The notes beneath the pieces are model-generated. The model was given only the letters and a program-made list of their open reading frames with translations, searched no databases and was not told the DNA's origin. The translations under genes were made by a program, and so were the position numbers. From positions 1 through 64,000 of the forward strand of contig JBDRFG010000025.1 in the NCBI GenBank assembly GCA_043819135.1: a stretch of 64,000 bases of DNA, written 5' to 3'. Positions 9,010 to 19,179 of this stretch are shown here, piece after piece; within the stretch, counting starts at the first letter, position 1, and the number at the start of each line of letters is the position of its first letter. This stretch comes from Candidatus Eiseniibacteriota bacterium. Its GTDB lineage: Bacteria > Joyebacterota > Joyebacteria > Joyebacterales > Joyebacteraceae.

Positions 9010-10260
9010 ATGGAGACAGAGAGGTCGGCAGCGGATCTCATCCTCGCCTGGAGGAAGTTGATCTACCGGGCCACACTTGCGGCGGCCATCGTCTCCGTTG
9101 TGGTCAGTCTTATCATCCCGAACTGGTACGAGGCCACGAGCACCTGCATGCCTCCTCAGGAAGGCGAGTCAAGGGGTGGTCTGCTGAGCATGTTCTCCCA
9201 GGTCGGGATGGACTTCGGCGCGGCGGGGCTGCTCTCGGCCACGCCCGTGACGGATTCCATGATCGGCGTCCTGAAGAGCCGGCGCATCAGGGGGCAGGTC
9301 GTCGACCTCTTCGACCTTATGACCGTCTACAGCTCGAAGACCCGCGAGCATGCCATCAACGACCTGGGCGACCACCTGGTTGCGGGCACGACGCCGGAGG
9401 GCTTCATCGAGGTTCGCGTCGAGGACCGGGACAGGGATCGCGCCGCCGGCCTGGCGAACGCCTTCATGGAGTTTCTCGACGACTACCACCGGCTGACCAG
9501 CGTCGAGCGGGCCACCCGGACGCGGATCTACGTCGAGACGGCACTCGAAGAGAACGGGCAACGGCTCGACGGGGCGACCGAGGCGCTCAAGGACTTTCAG
9601 AAGCAGCACATGGCCATCGATCTGACAGAGCAGACGCGCGTTACCGTCGTCGCCGCCGCGGCGCTCGAGACGGAGCGAACGCGGCTGGAACTCGAGAGGG
9701 GAGTGCTCGAGGGATTCTCACGTCCGGACGGGATGAGAATGCGGCAGATCGACGCGGAACTCCGTGAGCTTGAGAGCAAGCTGGGACAGGTGACGGGCGC
9801 CACCAAGCGCAGTGCGGAGATGGCCGGCGGCGACGCGAGCGTGGTCATCCCTCTGTCTGACATACCGGACCTGGCATACCGGCTTGCTGACCTGACCCGG
9901 GAGGTCATCGTCCTCGAGAAGGTGCGAGCCTACCTGGGCAGTCAGCTCGAGGATGCGCGCATTCAAGAGACCCGCGACCTCGAGGTCGTGCAAGTTCTGG
10001 ATCACGCCGTCCCCCCGGTCAAGAAGAGCCGCCCGCGTCGTAGTCTGATAGTGATCCTCACAACAGGGCTTGCCTTCCTTGCGTCCATAGGTGTTTGCTT
10101 CCTCGTTGACAGCCTCCTCGAATACTCGGCCCGCGCCCATGCGTCGCTTGGCCTGGGGAATTCGGGGCCTTCGCGCCTGGTTCTGCGTTTCTCGAGGCGG
10201 CTGAAAGAATGGGGAGGACCGGACGAAGGGGAGGGAGGCCCCGCCTCCGCAGGTTCCTAG
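9010..10260 (+). CDS. Wzz/GumC-like polysaccharide co-polymerase (no kinase domain)
   Basis: Two terminal TMs, periplasmic coiled coil and 'VQVLDHAVPPVKKSRPRR' motif. Confidence 0.85.
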   Translation: METERSAADLILAWRKLIYRATLAAAIVSVVVSLIIPNWYEATSTCMPPQEGESRGGLLSMFSQVGMDFGAAGLLSATPVTDSMIGVLKSRRIRGQVVDLFDLMTVYSSKTREHAINDLGDHLVAGTTPEGFIEVRVEDRDRDRAAGLANAFMEFLDDYHRLTSVERATRTRIYVETALEENGQRLDGATEALKDFQKQHMAIDLTEQTRVTVVAAAALETERTRLELERGVLEGFSRPDGMRMRQIDAELRELESKLGQVTGATKRSAEMAGGDASVVIPLSDIPDLAYRLADLTREVIVLEKVRAYLGSQLEDARIQETRDLEVVQVLDHAVPPVKKSRPRRSLIVILTTGLAFLASIGVCFLVDSLLEYSARAHASLGLGNSGPSRLVLRFSRRLKEWGGPDEGEGGPASAGS

Positions 10261-11724
10261 ATGAAGCGAGCCGTCGTCCGAGGTATGGCCTGGGTCGGGA
10301 GCACCATGTTTCTCGACCGCGCGATTCGCTACCTGGCCCTCCTTGTTCTGGGAGGGCTTCTTGCCCCCCGGGACTTCGGGCTGTTCGCGGCCCTCAACGT
10401 CATCATTGCCGGGCTGGCCCTTCTCCAGGGGTTCGGTATCGGCCAGGCGCTCATCTGCCGGAAGGACCGGTCGGACGAGGCGGCGAACACGGCATTCTAC
10501 GTTTCGGCCGTGCTGGGCGTGGCCCTGGCGGCCGTCGCGTGGTCTCTGGCTCCGGTGGTCGCCTCGTTCTACAGGGAAGAAGCGCTGGTAGAGCTGTTCA
10601 GGGCAGCGTCGGTGATCCTTGTCATCCGAGCACTCAAGCTCGTGCCCTACTACCTCTTCGAGAAGGCGCTCGACTTCAAGAGGAAGTTCATCCCCGGGCT
10701 CTGTGCGTCGGCGACCTACCTGGTCGTCGCTCTCATACTGGCCTACAAGGGCAAGGGGGCCTGGGCGCTGGTCGTGGCCGAGATAGTCTCCTCCTCCGCC
10801 GAGGGCATCGCCTACTGGATCATATCGCCGTGGCGACCGAGGCTGCGCTTCGACCTCGGTCTGGCTCGGCAGGACCTAACCTTCGGCTGGGTGGTCCTCG
10901 GGGGCGGCATCCTCATTTTCGCGCTCAGGAGCCTCGACCGTGTCGTCGTCAGCCGCGTCCTCGGCACACACGAGCTGGGCCTCTACGCGTTTGCCTTCAT
11001 GATAGCCAACCTGCCGGCGATGCTCTTCACGCGAGTGATGAACACGGTGCTCTTCCCCTCGTACAGCGCGCTGGGCGAAGACAGGAAGAACCAGGGTGAG
11101 CTCTTCTTCCGGGCGACGTCATACTTGTCCGGCATGGGGGCTCTGTTCGTGCTGGGTCTCCTCTCCTGCAGCGGGTACGTCCTGCACACGCTCTACGGTG
11201 ATAAGTGGATGGAGGCGGTCCTCCCGCTGTCGGTGCTCTCGGTCTTCGGGTTCTTCCGGGCGCTCACCGATCTTTCGGGAGACCTGCTTATCGGCACGGG
11301 CAATCCCGTCCAGTTCCGAAAGGTCAACGCGCTGCAGCTGGCTCTCGCTGCTGCCGGGCTCTACGCCGGCGCGGTGCTTGGGGGCCTTCCCGGAGTGGCG
11401 CTTGCGATGGTGGTGGCGGCCGTGCCGTCGCTGGGACTCGCGTGGCGGTTCGTCAACGGGATCATCGGAGGCGGCGTCGCCGCGTTCGTTCGTGCGCTGA
11501 AGGGGCCGATGATCGCGTTCGCGGCGCTGATATTCCCAGCGCTCGGACTAGTGAGGCTGCTGCCTGAGGAAGGCAGCCTTCCGGCGGCAGGGGCGGCCAT
11601 CGTCGCCGTAACGGCGGGCTACGTGGCGATCTGGCTCGGCGTCGATCCCGCGCTCCGGGCCGACGTCGCGGCGTGGCGTGCGGGCGCGAGACTGGCGACC
11701 GACGACAGGAGAGACCGCGTATGA
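10261..11724 (+). CDS. wzx: Wzx-type oligosaccharide flippase
   Basis: About 12-14 TMs; 'LLAPRDFGLFA', 'LGLYAFA', 'LYGDKW' are typical of the WzxC family. Confidence 0.85.
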   Translation: MKRAVVRGMAWVGSTMFLDRAIRYLALLVLGGLLAPRDFGLFAALNVIIAGLALLQGFGIGQALICRKDRSDEAANTAFYVSAVLGVALAAVAWSLAPVVASFYREEALVELFRAASVILVIRALKLVPYYLFEKALDFKRKFIPGLCASATYLVVALILAYKGKGAWALVVAEIVSSSAEGIAYWIISPWRPRLRFDLGLARQDLTFGWVVLGGGILIFALRSLDRVVVSRVLGTHELGLYAFAFMIANLPAMLFTRVMNTVLFPSYSALGEDRKNQGELFFRATSYLSGMGALFVLGLLSCSGYVLHTLYGDKWMEAVLPLSVLSVFGFFRALTDLSGDLLIGTGNPVQFRKVNALQLALAAAGLYAGAVLGGLPGVALAMVVAAVPSLGLAWRFVNGIIGGGVAAFVRALKGPMIAFAALIFPALGLVRLLPEEGSLPAAGAAIVAVTAGYVAIWLGVDPALRADVAAWRAGARLATDDRRDRV

Positions 11725-13100
11725 ACGCGCGCGCCTGGTTGAGAAGCCCGTGGCCTTTGGTCGTGCTGGGACCGGTGGTGCTGGCGCTCGCGGTGGCGTT
11801 GATCCCGCTCGGGGCGGCGTTCACGATCATCTCCCTGGTAGCTGCGGCGGCGTTGGTGTGGAAGTTCGGCCCCCACGAGGGGCTCTGGTACCTGCTGCTC
11901 GCCTCGATCCCGCTGCGCGAGCCGCTGTCGATCGACATCGTGGGGACGACCTCCGTGTTCCCGACAGACGTCCTGCTTTTCGTCCTCCTTGCGATGGCCA
12001 TCATGCGCGAGGGTCTCAGGACGACCTGGCGAGAGAGTCCGTCGTTCAAGATAGGCTTCGCCATCCTCGTTCTGAGTCTTCCCGGATTGGTGACGGCCTC
12101 GCGCCTCCTGTGGGGCGTGAACGCCGTGTACCAACTCACGGCTCACCTGGGCTTCCTCTTCGTGGCACGAAGCATGGTTCGCACGGGCCGGGACGCGCAG
12201 AAGGTGCTGGTCGCAGTGGTGGTCGGCATGATACCGGCGATCGCTTACGGGCTCTACCAGGCCAGCCTGCCCTACGGCGCCAACCTGCCTGACTGGTCCC
12301 TGCACTACTCCGCGTGGGACGCGCTGGGACGCAAGAGCGTGCGCGTCTTCTCCACGTTCCGGCACCCGCTCCAGCTGGCGCACTACCTCTCGGTGGGGCT
12401 CGGAATTTCCCTCGGGCTCGCGTCGTCTTCCCTGGGTAAGGGGGTCAGGTGGTTCCTGCTCCTGGTTGGCGCCGCGGGAGCCCTGTGCAACATGTTCACT
12501 TCTTCCCTCGGCGGTCTGCTCGGGATGTTCGCCGCGGTCGTGGCCACGATCGTCCTCGAGCGCAGGAGGCGCATCATCCTCCTGGTCCCCATTGTTCTCG
12601 TCGCTCTGCTGCCCCTGGCCCCTTCGGCCTTGACCGCCAAGCTCGGCCGGGCGCTCGCGGGCCAGGCCACGACGGGCGCCGCGCGCCTTGTGACCTACAA
12701 GCAGTCGCTGGAGGTGCTTCGGGACAACCCCATCCTGGGTGTAGGTTGGGGCGGAGCCCGCAGCGCGCTCGAGCACGACTACCGCGTGACGCGGGCCGAC
12801 GCCGTCGCGTTCACGGCCGAGAACTACTTCCTGCACCGAGGAGTGGCGCTCGGACTGCCCGGTATCGTCCTGTCGGTTCTGCTCTGTATTCTGTTCTTCC
12901 GCAACGCTGTTCTGCCGCGTGGTGAACTCCCGGACAGGAACTGGCCCAGGGCCGCCATACTGATAGCCGGTGTCGCGTTCTACGTCCAGGCGCAGACCTT
13001 CCCGGCCGCGCAGCCCACCGGCACGTACATTCTGTGGATGCTCTTCGGTCTGGCCGAACGCATGCGTGAGAGTTCTCTGGCAGCGAAAGGTGTCGCCTGA
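11721..13100 (+). CDS. O-antigen ligase/Wzy-type polymerase family protein
   Basis: ATGA overlap with the flippase. Multi-TM; 'RVFSTFRHP', 'NPILGVGWG', 'AENYFL'. Confidence 0.8.
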   Translation: MNARAWLRSPWPLVVLGPVVLALAVALIPLGAAFTIISLVAAAALVWKFGPHEGLWYLLLASIPLREPLSIDIVGTTSVFPTDVLLFVLLAMAIMREGLRTTWRESPSFKIGFAILVLSLPGLVTASRLLWGVNAVYQLTAHLGFLFVARSMVRTGRDAQKVLVAVVVGMIPAIAYGLYQASLPYGANLPDWSLHYSAWDALGRKSVRVFSTFRHPLQLAHYLSVGLGISLGLASSSLGKGVRWFLLLVGAAGALCNMFTSSLGGLLGMFAAVVATIVLERRRRIILLVPIVLVALLPLAPSALTAKLGRALAGQATTGAARLVTYKQSLEVLRDNPILGVGWGGARSALEHDYRVTRADAVAFTAENYFLHRGVALGLPGIVLSVLLCILFFRNAVLPRGELPDRNWPRAAILIAGVAFYVQAQTFPAAQPTGTYILWMLFGLAERMRESSLAAKGVA

Positions 13101-16100
13101 TGTCAACTTCTGCCAGCATCGTCGTGGTCAACTACAACGGCGGCCGCGCGGCTGTGGAGAACCTGCGCGCCCTGTCCGGGCAGATCACCGACAGTGCGTG
13201 GGAACTCATCGTCGTCGACAATTGCTCGACCGACGGAAGTCCGGATCTCATTGCCGCCGGTAATATCGCGGCGCGCGTCGTTTGCGAGCCCGAGAACCGA
13301 GGCTACGCCTCGGCGGTCAACCGCGGTCTGCGTGAGGCGTCGGGGGACATCATCGTCGTACTCAACGCCGATGTTGTTCCCAGGCCCGGAGCGCTGACCG
13401 TCTTCGTCAATGCCATCGCAAGGAACAGGCAGTTCACGCTTCTCGGTGGCGCGCTCGTCGACCGGGAGGGAAGGCCGTCGCAGAACACCGCGCGGATGCT
13501 CCCGAGACCGGCGGACATACTGAGGGAGGCCCTCTTCGTTCGGCCGCGCCTGCCACGCGTCGTCACAGGACGCGGCTCGGGCGAAGTCGCCACTGTCGCG
13601 GTTGTCTCGGCACCGCTGATATCGGGCGCCGTCATGGGCATCCACCGCGAATCGCTGGATGTCCTGGGTCAAATGGACGAGGACTATTTCCTCTACAATG
13701 AAGACGTCGAGTGGTGCCGGAGGGCGGCGCGGAAGGGTCTCTCGGTGGGTGTCGCCACGGGAGCGATCTTCGATCACGAGGGAGGAGCATCGACCGGCGG
13801 CAGCGAGGGTCCGGCGTTCGCGGCGCGCGTCCTCTCTGACTTCCACTACTTCTGCGAGGGCGAGGGCGTGGAACCGGGCAAGATCCGCCGTTTCTGGCGC
13901 ATCCGTCTCGTCCTGAGGTCCTGGCTCTACAGGACCGATGCGCTGCTGGGCGTGCTTGGCGGGCGTCCGGGCTCGCGCAGACGGGCCGCGATCTACCGCC
14001 TGCTGGCTCTCGAGATGAGATCGTTCTCGTGGCGCCCCGATCGGAGGCGGCAGAACGGCCACCCTTCGAGGCTCCTCCGGTTCCCCGATTCCCAGCCCGT
14101 GTGCGACGCTCGTCCCACGGTCCTTCAGGTGATCCCGAACATGGATTACGGAGGCGCTCAGCGACTGGTAGAGACGATCGTGACCGGCCCGTTGTCCGAC
14201 CGCATCAGGTTCGAGGTCCTCTGCCTTACCAACTGCGGCGAGATAGGTGAGGGTCTCAGGGCCCGCGGCGTCCCGGTCCACGTCGCCGGCCTCTCAGGAT
14301 GGAGGCGACTCTCCGACTGGAGGCGGGCCGCCGACTACGCCGCCCTCCTCGAGCCGGATCTCGTGCACTCGCATCTTATTCCCGGAGACATGGCGGCTCA
14401 CGTCGGGTTCCGCGGCCGCGCGGCGAGAGTCTCCACCAAGCACAACGTCGGCCCGAACTTCGGATGGATCGTGAGGCTGGTCGAGCGGCACATTCTGAGA
14501 GGAACTCCCGTGCTCGCCGTCAGCGACGCGGTCGCGCTCTCAAGGCCCCACCTCTGTCCCTGGGGCATGCTGCCTCCGGTCCTTCAGAGCCCCCCGGCCG
14601 TGCCCATCGCCTCGCGGCCTGCGCCCCTCTTCCGCGAGGGCCTGCCCGTGAGGCTGGCCGCCATCGGTCGCCTGCACCAGGCGAAGCGACTCGACATCTA
14701 CCTGCAGGCGGCGGCGGAGCTGGAGCACCGTTTCCCCGGGCGATTCTCCTTCAGCGTGATCGGAGATGGCCAGGAGCTGGAAGCGCTCAGGGCGCTGGCC
14801 TCAGAGCTCGGCATCGCAGGCTCGGTCGACTTCCGCCCGGCCGTGTCGGATGTGGCCGGAGCTATGGACGACATCGACATCATGGTCGTGGTGTCGGACT
14901 TCGAGGGGTTGGGTCTCACGATTCTCGAAACGCTCGCGCGCGGCAGGATCCCCCTTGTACGTCGAAACCCCGGAACGGAAGAGGCACTGCCGAGCGCGCT
15001 CGAGAGATGCTACGTCGACTCATCGTCACCCGTTGCGGTGGCGGAGAAGGTACTCGAGATCTGCGGAGAGCCCGACCACTTCAGAGGGTTGGCCCGCGAG
15101 GGCCTCGCGTGGCTGTCCCGGAGGCCGGACTACGCATCGGTGACGGGAAACATCTACGATGAACTTCTTCAGACCGACGCGCCGCTCCGGCGCAAACGCG
15201 TGCTCCATCTCATCACGCGTCTCATCGTGGGAGGCGCTCAGGAGAACACGATCGCGTCGGTCGAGCGGGTGGACCCCGGGCGCTACGATTCGCAGCTGTG
15301 GACCGGCCCGCAGACAGGGCCGGAGGGCTCGCTGATGTCGGACGCGCGCTCGCGGGGGATCGTCGTCCGCGTGCTTCCGAACATGGTCCGTGAGATCAAC
15401 CCGCTCAAGGACCTCCTCATGCTCATGCAGCTCACGCGCCTGCTCCGCCGCGACCGCTTCGACATCGTCCACACTCATTGCTCGAAGGCCGGGATCCTCG
15501 GTCGCGTGGCGGCCAGGTTCGCCGGAGTGCCACACGTCACGCACACGCACCACGGCTGGAGCTTCCACGACCGGATGCACCCGCTGCTCAAGTGGTTCTT
15601 CATAACCGCCGAGAAGTCACTCGGGCCGTGGACGCACCCGATGATATCGGTCTCGAACAAGACGACGAAGGTGGGCCTCAAGGCGGGCATCGGCTCGCCG
15701 TCCGACTACCGGCTCATACGGAGCGGCATCCCGCTGCGCCGCTATCACCCGGACGAGGGCAGGGGGCAGGCGGTCCGCCGGGGAATGGGGATCCCCGCGG
15801 ACCACGTTGTCGTCGTTTCCGTCGGGAGGCTCACGCCTCAGAAGAACCCCATGGACTTCGTGAAGCTCGCGACCACGCTCCTGAATGATCACGCGAACGT
15901 CACGTTCCTCTACGTCGGCGACGGACCGATGCGCGCGTCCGTCGAAGAGGCGGCCGAGGCGGCCGGAGTGGGCGAGAGATTGAGGTTGCTGGGCGTCCGC
16001 GATGACGTGCCGGACCTGCTGAGGGCGTCCGACGTGTTCGTACTGACGTCGCTGTGGGAAGGGCTGCCGCGCGTCGTCCTGCAGGCCCTGGCGACCGGCG

Positions 16101-16351
16101 TTCCCGTGCTCGCATACGACACCGCGGGCATCGCGGAGGCCGTGGTCGAGGGGAAGAACGGCCATCTGGTTCCGCGCGGCTCCGTCGAGGAGATGGCCTC
16201 TCGACTGACCGTCCTCGTCGAGGACGCGGACCGGCGCGCGGCGATGAGCAGGTCGGCGGCCGAGCAGTTTGACAGGTCGTTCTCTGAAGGTCAGATGATT
16301 CTGGATCTCGAGAACCTCTACGACGAGATGATCCGGCCGCGGAAGGCCTGA
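13100..16351 (+). CDS. Tri-domain glycosyltransferase GT2-GT4-GT4
   Basis: GT2: 'VVNYN', 'VVDNCSTDGS', 'NADV', 'YNEDVEWC'. GT4 #1: 'GGAQR', 'FEGLGLTILE'. GT4 #2: 'GGAQE', 'WEGLPRVVLQ'. Confidence 0.9.
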   Translation: MSTSASIVVVNYNGGRAAVENLRALSGQITDSAWELIVVDNCSTDGSPDLIAAGNIAARVVCEPENRGYASAVNRGLREASGDIIVVLNADVVPRPGALTVFVNAIARNRQFTLLGGALVDREGRPSQNTARMLPRPADILREALFVRPRLPRVVTGRGSGEVATVAVVSAPLISGAVMGIHRESLDVLGQMDEDYFLYNEDVEWCRRAARKGLSVGVATGAIFDHEGGASTGGSEGPAFAARVLSDFHYFCEGEGVEPGKIRRFWRIRLVLRSWLYRTDALLGVLGGRPGSRRRAAIYRLLALEMRSFSWRPDRRRQNGHPSRLLRFPDSQPVCDARPTVLQVIPNMDYGGAQRLVETIVTGPLSDRIRFEVLCLTNCGEIGEGLRARGVPVHVAGLSGWRRLSDWRRAADYAALLEPDLVHSHLIPGDMAAHVGFRGRAARVSTKHNVGPNFGWIVRLVERHILRGTPVLAVSDAVALSRPHLCPWGMLPPVLQSPPAVPIASRPAPLFREGLPVRLAAIGRLHQAKRLDIYLQAAAELEHRFPGRFSFSVIGDGQELEALRALASELGIAGSVDFRPAVSDVAGAMDDIDIMVVVSDFEGLGLTILETLARGRIPLVRRNPGTEEALPSALERCYVDSSSPVAVAEKVLEICGEPDHFRGLAREGLAWLSRRPDYASVTGNIYDELLQTDAPLRRKRVLHLITRLIVGGAQENTIASVERVDPGRYDSQLWTGPQTGPEGSLMSDARSRGIVVRVLPNMVREINPLKDLLMLMQLTRLLRRDRFDIVHTHCSKAGILGRVAARFAGVPHVTHTHHGWSFHDRMHPLLKWFFITAEKSLGPWTHPMISVSNKTTKVGLKAGIGSPSDYRLIRSGIPLRRYHPDEGRGQAVRRGMGIPADHVVVVSVGRLTPQKNPMDFVKLATTLLNDHANVTFLYVGDGPMRASVEEAAEAAGVGERLRLLGVRDDVPDLLRASDVFVLTSLWEGLPRVVLQALATGVPVLAYDTAGIAEAVVEGKNGHLVPRGSVEEMASRLTVLVEDADRRAAMSRSAAEQFDRSFSEGQMILDLENLYDEMIRPRKA

Positions 16352-16385
16352 CGGGGCTCGGGTCGTTGAGACGGAGGAGGGCGCT

Positions 16386-17219
16386 TTGTTGCACGGCTTC
16401 ACGGTCGACGTCGAGGACTGGTTCGATGGAATACCCATCGCCGCAGGCTTGAAGGCCTCCGCGGAACGCCGCTTGCTCCTGGGCATGGATGCCCTCACAG
16501 ACGCGATGGCAGAGCATTCGGCCCGAGGCACGTTCTTCTTCCTGGGGCCCGTCGCGCGCGACTACCCCGAGCTTGTGCGAAGCCTGGTGGACGGCGGACA
16601 CGAGATAGGCTGTCACGGATGGTCCCACGATCTCCTCTATTCGATGACGCGCGAGCGGTTCCGCATTGAGACCGCAGACGCGAAGAAGGCCATCGAAGAT
16701 ATCGCAGGCGCGCCGGTCACGACATACCGCGCCGCCTACTTCTCGATAACACGACGATCGCTCTGGGCGCTCGAGGTGCTTGCGGAACTGGGATTCCGAT
16801 GCGATTCGAGCGTCTTCCCCGTCAGTAACTGGAGGTACGGCATACCCGACTTCCCCACGGCTCCCGGCCCCGTCCAGACACCCTCGGGGTCGATCTACGA
16901 GTTCCCGCTGTCGGTAGTGGACTACCCGGGCCGCAGACTGCCGGCCACGGGAGGCGCGTACTTCCGGATCTATCCCTATGCCATCACTCGGGGGCACGTG
17001 AGGCGCCTGGAGAGGGCGGGGAGACCCATGGTATTCTACATCCACCCGTGGGAGCTGGATCCGGATCATCCTCGCGTGCCGTTCCACTGGAAGCCGAGGC
17101 TCACGCACTACTGGAATCTGCGGTCGACGCGGGGTAAGCTCAAGCATCTCTTGTCCGATTTCGCCTTCGAACCGCTTGGGAAGGTTATGGAGCATGAGTT
17201 CGAGCAACATCGTACGTGA
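16386..17219 (+). CDS. Polysaccharide deacetylase (XrtA-system/DUF3473 type)
   Basis: 'TVDVEDWF', 'GHEIGCHGWSH', 'YRAAYFS', 'GGAYFR', 'YIHPWELDP'. GGAGGAGG SD. Confidence 0.9.
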   Translation: MLHGFTVDVEDWFDGIPIAAGLKASAERRLLLGMDALTDAMAEHSARGTFFFLGPVARDYPELVRSLVDGGHEIGCHGWSHDLLYSMTRERFRIETADAKKAIEDIAGAPVTTYRAAYFSITRRSLWALEVLAELGFRCDSSVFPVSNWRYGIPDFPTAPGPVQTPSGSIYEFPLSVVDYPGRRLPATGGAYFRIYPYAITRGHVRRLERAGRPMVFYIHPWELDPDHPRVPFHWKPRLTHYWNLRSTRGKLKHLLSDFAFEPLGKVMEHEFEQHRT

Positions 17220-17847
17220 CCACTTCGACCGCGCGGCCGCTCGCTTCGACGCGGTGTACGAGGAGCGGAAGCCGCCCTACCAGCGCGTGATCGACCACCT
17301 GTTCCGGCGAGTGGTTGTCGAGCGCTTCCACCTTGTCTGCAACCTCGCTCCTTTGCCCGGTGACTGGAAGGTCCTGGACGCCGGCTGCGGGTCGGGCCGC
17401 TACGCCCTGGCCCTGGCGGCCGAGGGCGCTTCCCGGGTCGTGGGCGTGGACTTCGCGGAGGAGATGATCAAGATCGCGAGGGAGGAGGCGAAGCGCCAGG
17501 GCGTGTCGGACACCTGCGAGTTCCACGTGGCCGAGTTCAGGAACTTCTCCACCGACGAGAAGTTCGAGGCGGTCGTGGCCACGGGGTACTTCGACTACCT
17601 TGCCGAGCCTGGCGTCGACCTCGAACTCATGGTCAAGCTGTGCTGCGGGCGCATATACGCGTCCTTCCCCAAGCGATGGGAGTGGCGGGTCCCGATCCGG
17701 AGCCTCCGCTTCCTGCTCTCGAGGAGCTTCGTAAGATTCTACTCGAAGCGAGAGGTGCTCGGCCTCTTCGAGGCCGCCGGCGTTCCGCCCGAGCGCCTGT
17801 CGCTCATCGACCTCGGCCGCGACTGGATAGCGGTCGCCCGCCCCTGA
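17194..17847 (+). CDS. Class I SAM-dependent methyltransferase
   Basis: 'VLDAGCGSG' and 'GVDFAEEMI' motifs. Confidence 0.85.
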   Translation: MSSSNIVRDHFDRAAARFDAVYEERKPPYQRVIDHLFRRVVVERFHLVCNLAPLPGDWKVLDAGCGSGRYALALAAEGASRVVGVDFAEEMIKIAREEAKRQGVSDTCEFHVAEFRNFSTDEKFEAVVATGYFDYLAEPGVDLELMVKLCCGRIYASFPKRWEWRVPIRSLRFLLSRSFVRFYSKREVLGLFEAAGVPPERLSLIDLGRDWIAVARP

Positions 17848-17858
17848 GTGTAACCGGA

Positions 17859-17911
17859 TGTGAGCGTACGCCGTTGTGAGCGCAGCCGTATGTGGGCGCA
17901 GTTGGATGTGA
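17859..17911 (+). repeat. Four TGTG(A/G) direct repeats at exact 16-bp period
   Basis: TGTGAGCG at 17859 and 17875, TGTGGGCG at 17891, TGTGA at 17907, in intergenic DNA. Confidence 0.6.
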
Positions 17912-18105
17912 CCTTCCTCCGAAAGGCATGGCCCCTGCGGCCGTTCGGAGCGGGTATCCGGCTTCTCCCGGAAACGGGCGAAATCGGTTGCCCCGACACC
18001 TCCCGAGTTGTACCCTCTGTGGTCTATGTAGTGAACACTGAATCGCGGCGGTCCCAGACGCGTCTCACTGCCTGGACACGCCAAGGATGGAGGGCACACG
18101 CTCGG

Positions 18106-19065
18106 ATGAAGGCTTTCGTGACAGGCGGTGCGGGCTTCATCGGGTCTCACCTGGTCGGGGAACTGCTCAAGAGGGGGGATTCCGTCTCGGTCATCGACGA
18201 CTTGTCGACGGGTCGCTTCGAGAACATCGCCCATCTCGAAGGCAATCCCAACTTCGACTACGTGATAGACACGATCCTTGACGGGCGGGTCGTGGGCGAC
18301 ATGATGAAGAGCGCTGACGTCGTCTTCCATCTGGCCGCGGCCGTGGGCGTGGCGTACATCATCGACAATCCCCTGAAGTCCCTTGAGACGAACGTCAAGG
18401 GTACCGAGATCGTGCTCGAGAAGGCGAACGAAGACAAGAAGATGGTCGTTCTGTTCTCCACTTCCGAGATATACGGCAAGGCGAACTCGCAGCCGTGCAA
18501 GGAAGACGGCGACAGGGTGCTGGGAACAACCACGATCACGCGGTGGGGTTATTCGTCCTCAAAGGCCATCGACGAGTTCCTGGCGCTCGCGTACCACAGA
18601 GAGAAGAAGCTGCCGATCAGAATCGTGCGGTGCTTCAACACCTGCGGTCCCAGGCAGACCGGGGAGTACGGCATGGTCATACCGCGCTTCGTCAAACAGG
18701 CGCTCCTGGACCATCCCATCACGGTCTACGGTGACGGCCAGCAGACGAGATGCTTCTGCGACGTGTCGGACGTGGTCAGGGGAGTGCTGGGCCTGGTGGA
18801 CGAGCCGGCCGCGAACGGCGAGGTCTTCAACCTGGGAAGCGACGAAGAGACGACGATCGACAACCTCGCCGGGATGATCAAGGAACTGACGGCGAGCAAG
18901 TCGGCCATAGAGCACATCGCATACGAGCGCGCGTACGAGGAGGGGTTCGAGGACATGCGCAGGCGGGTCCCCGACCTGACGAAGATCCGAGAGGCGATCG
19001 GGTACGAGCCTCGCGTGACTCTCTCGGAACTCCTTGAGCGCGTGGTCGCGCATTTCGAGAAGTAG
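18106..19065 (+). CDS. NAD-dependent nucleotide-sugar epimerase/dehydratase
   Basis: 'TGGAGFIGSH', 'STSEIYG', YxxxK ('YSSSK'), 'GDGQQTRCF'. Confidence 0.9.
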   Translation: MKAFVTGGAGFIGSHLVGELLKRGDSVSVIDDLSTGRFENIAHLEGNPNFDYVIDTILDGRVVGDMMKSADVVFHLAAAVGVAYIIDNPLKSLETNVKGTEIVLEKANEDKKMVVLFSTSEIYGKANSQPCKEDGDRVLGTTTITRWGYSSSKAIDEFLALAYHREKKLPIRIVRCFNTCGPRQTGEYGMVIPRFVKQALLDHPITVYGDGQQTRCFCDVSDVVRGVLGLVDEPAANGEVFNLGSDEETTIDNLAGMIKELTASKSAIEHIAYERAYEEGFEDMRRRVPDLTKIREAIGYEPRVTLSELLERVVAHFEK

Positions 19066-19141
19066 CGCACCGATCCCGCGGTGTGCACTTCCGCCGGCAC
19101 GATTCGGCGAACCCTGAGGAGGTGAGCGCCAGAGAAAGACC

Positions 19142-19171
19142 TTGACAGCTGTGTATCTGTGTCAGAATAAT
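19142..19171 (+). promoter_or_regulatory. Sigma70-type promoter (TTGACA-N18-AATAAT)
   Basis: Perfect -35 in an AT-rich patch; the -10 ends 8 nt before the ATG at 19180. Confidence 0.65.
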
Positions 19172-19179
19172 CCCGTGCT

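Noticed and set aside
17859..17911. CRISPR array or CRP site
   Set aside because: Units are only 16 bp with no unique spacers and no cas genes; there is no inverted TCACA half-site.
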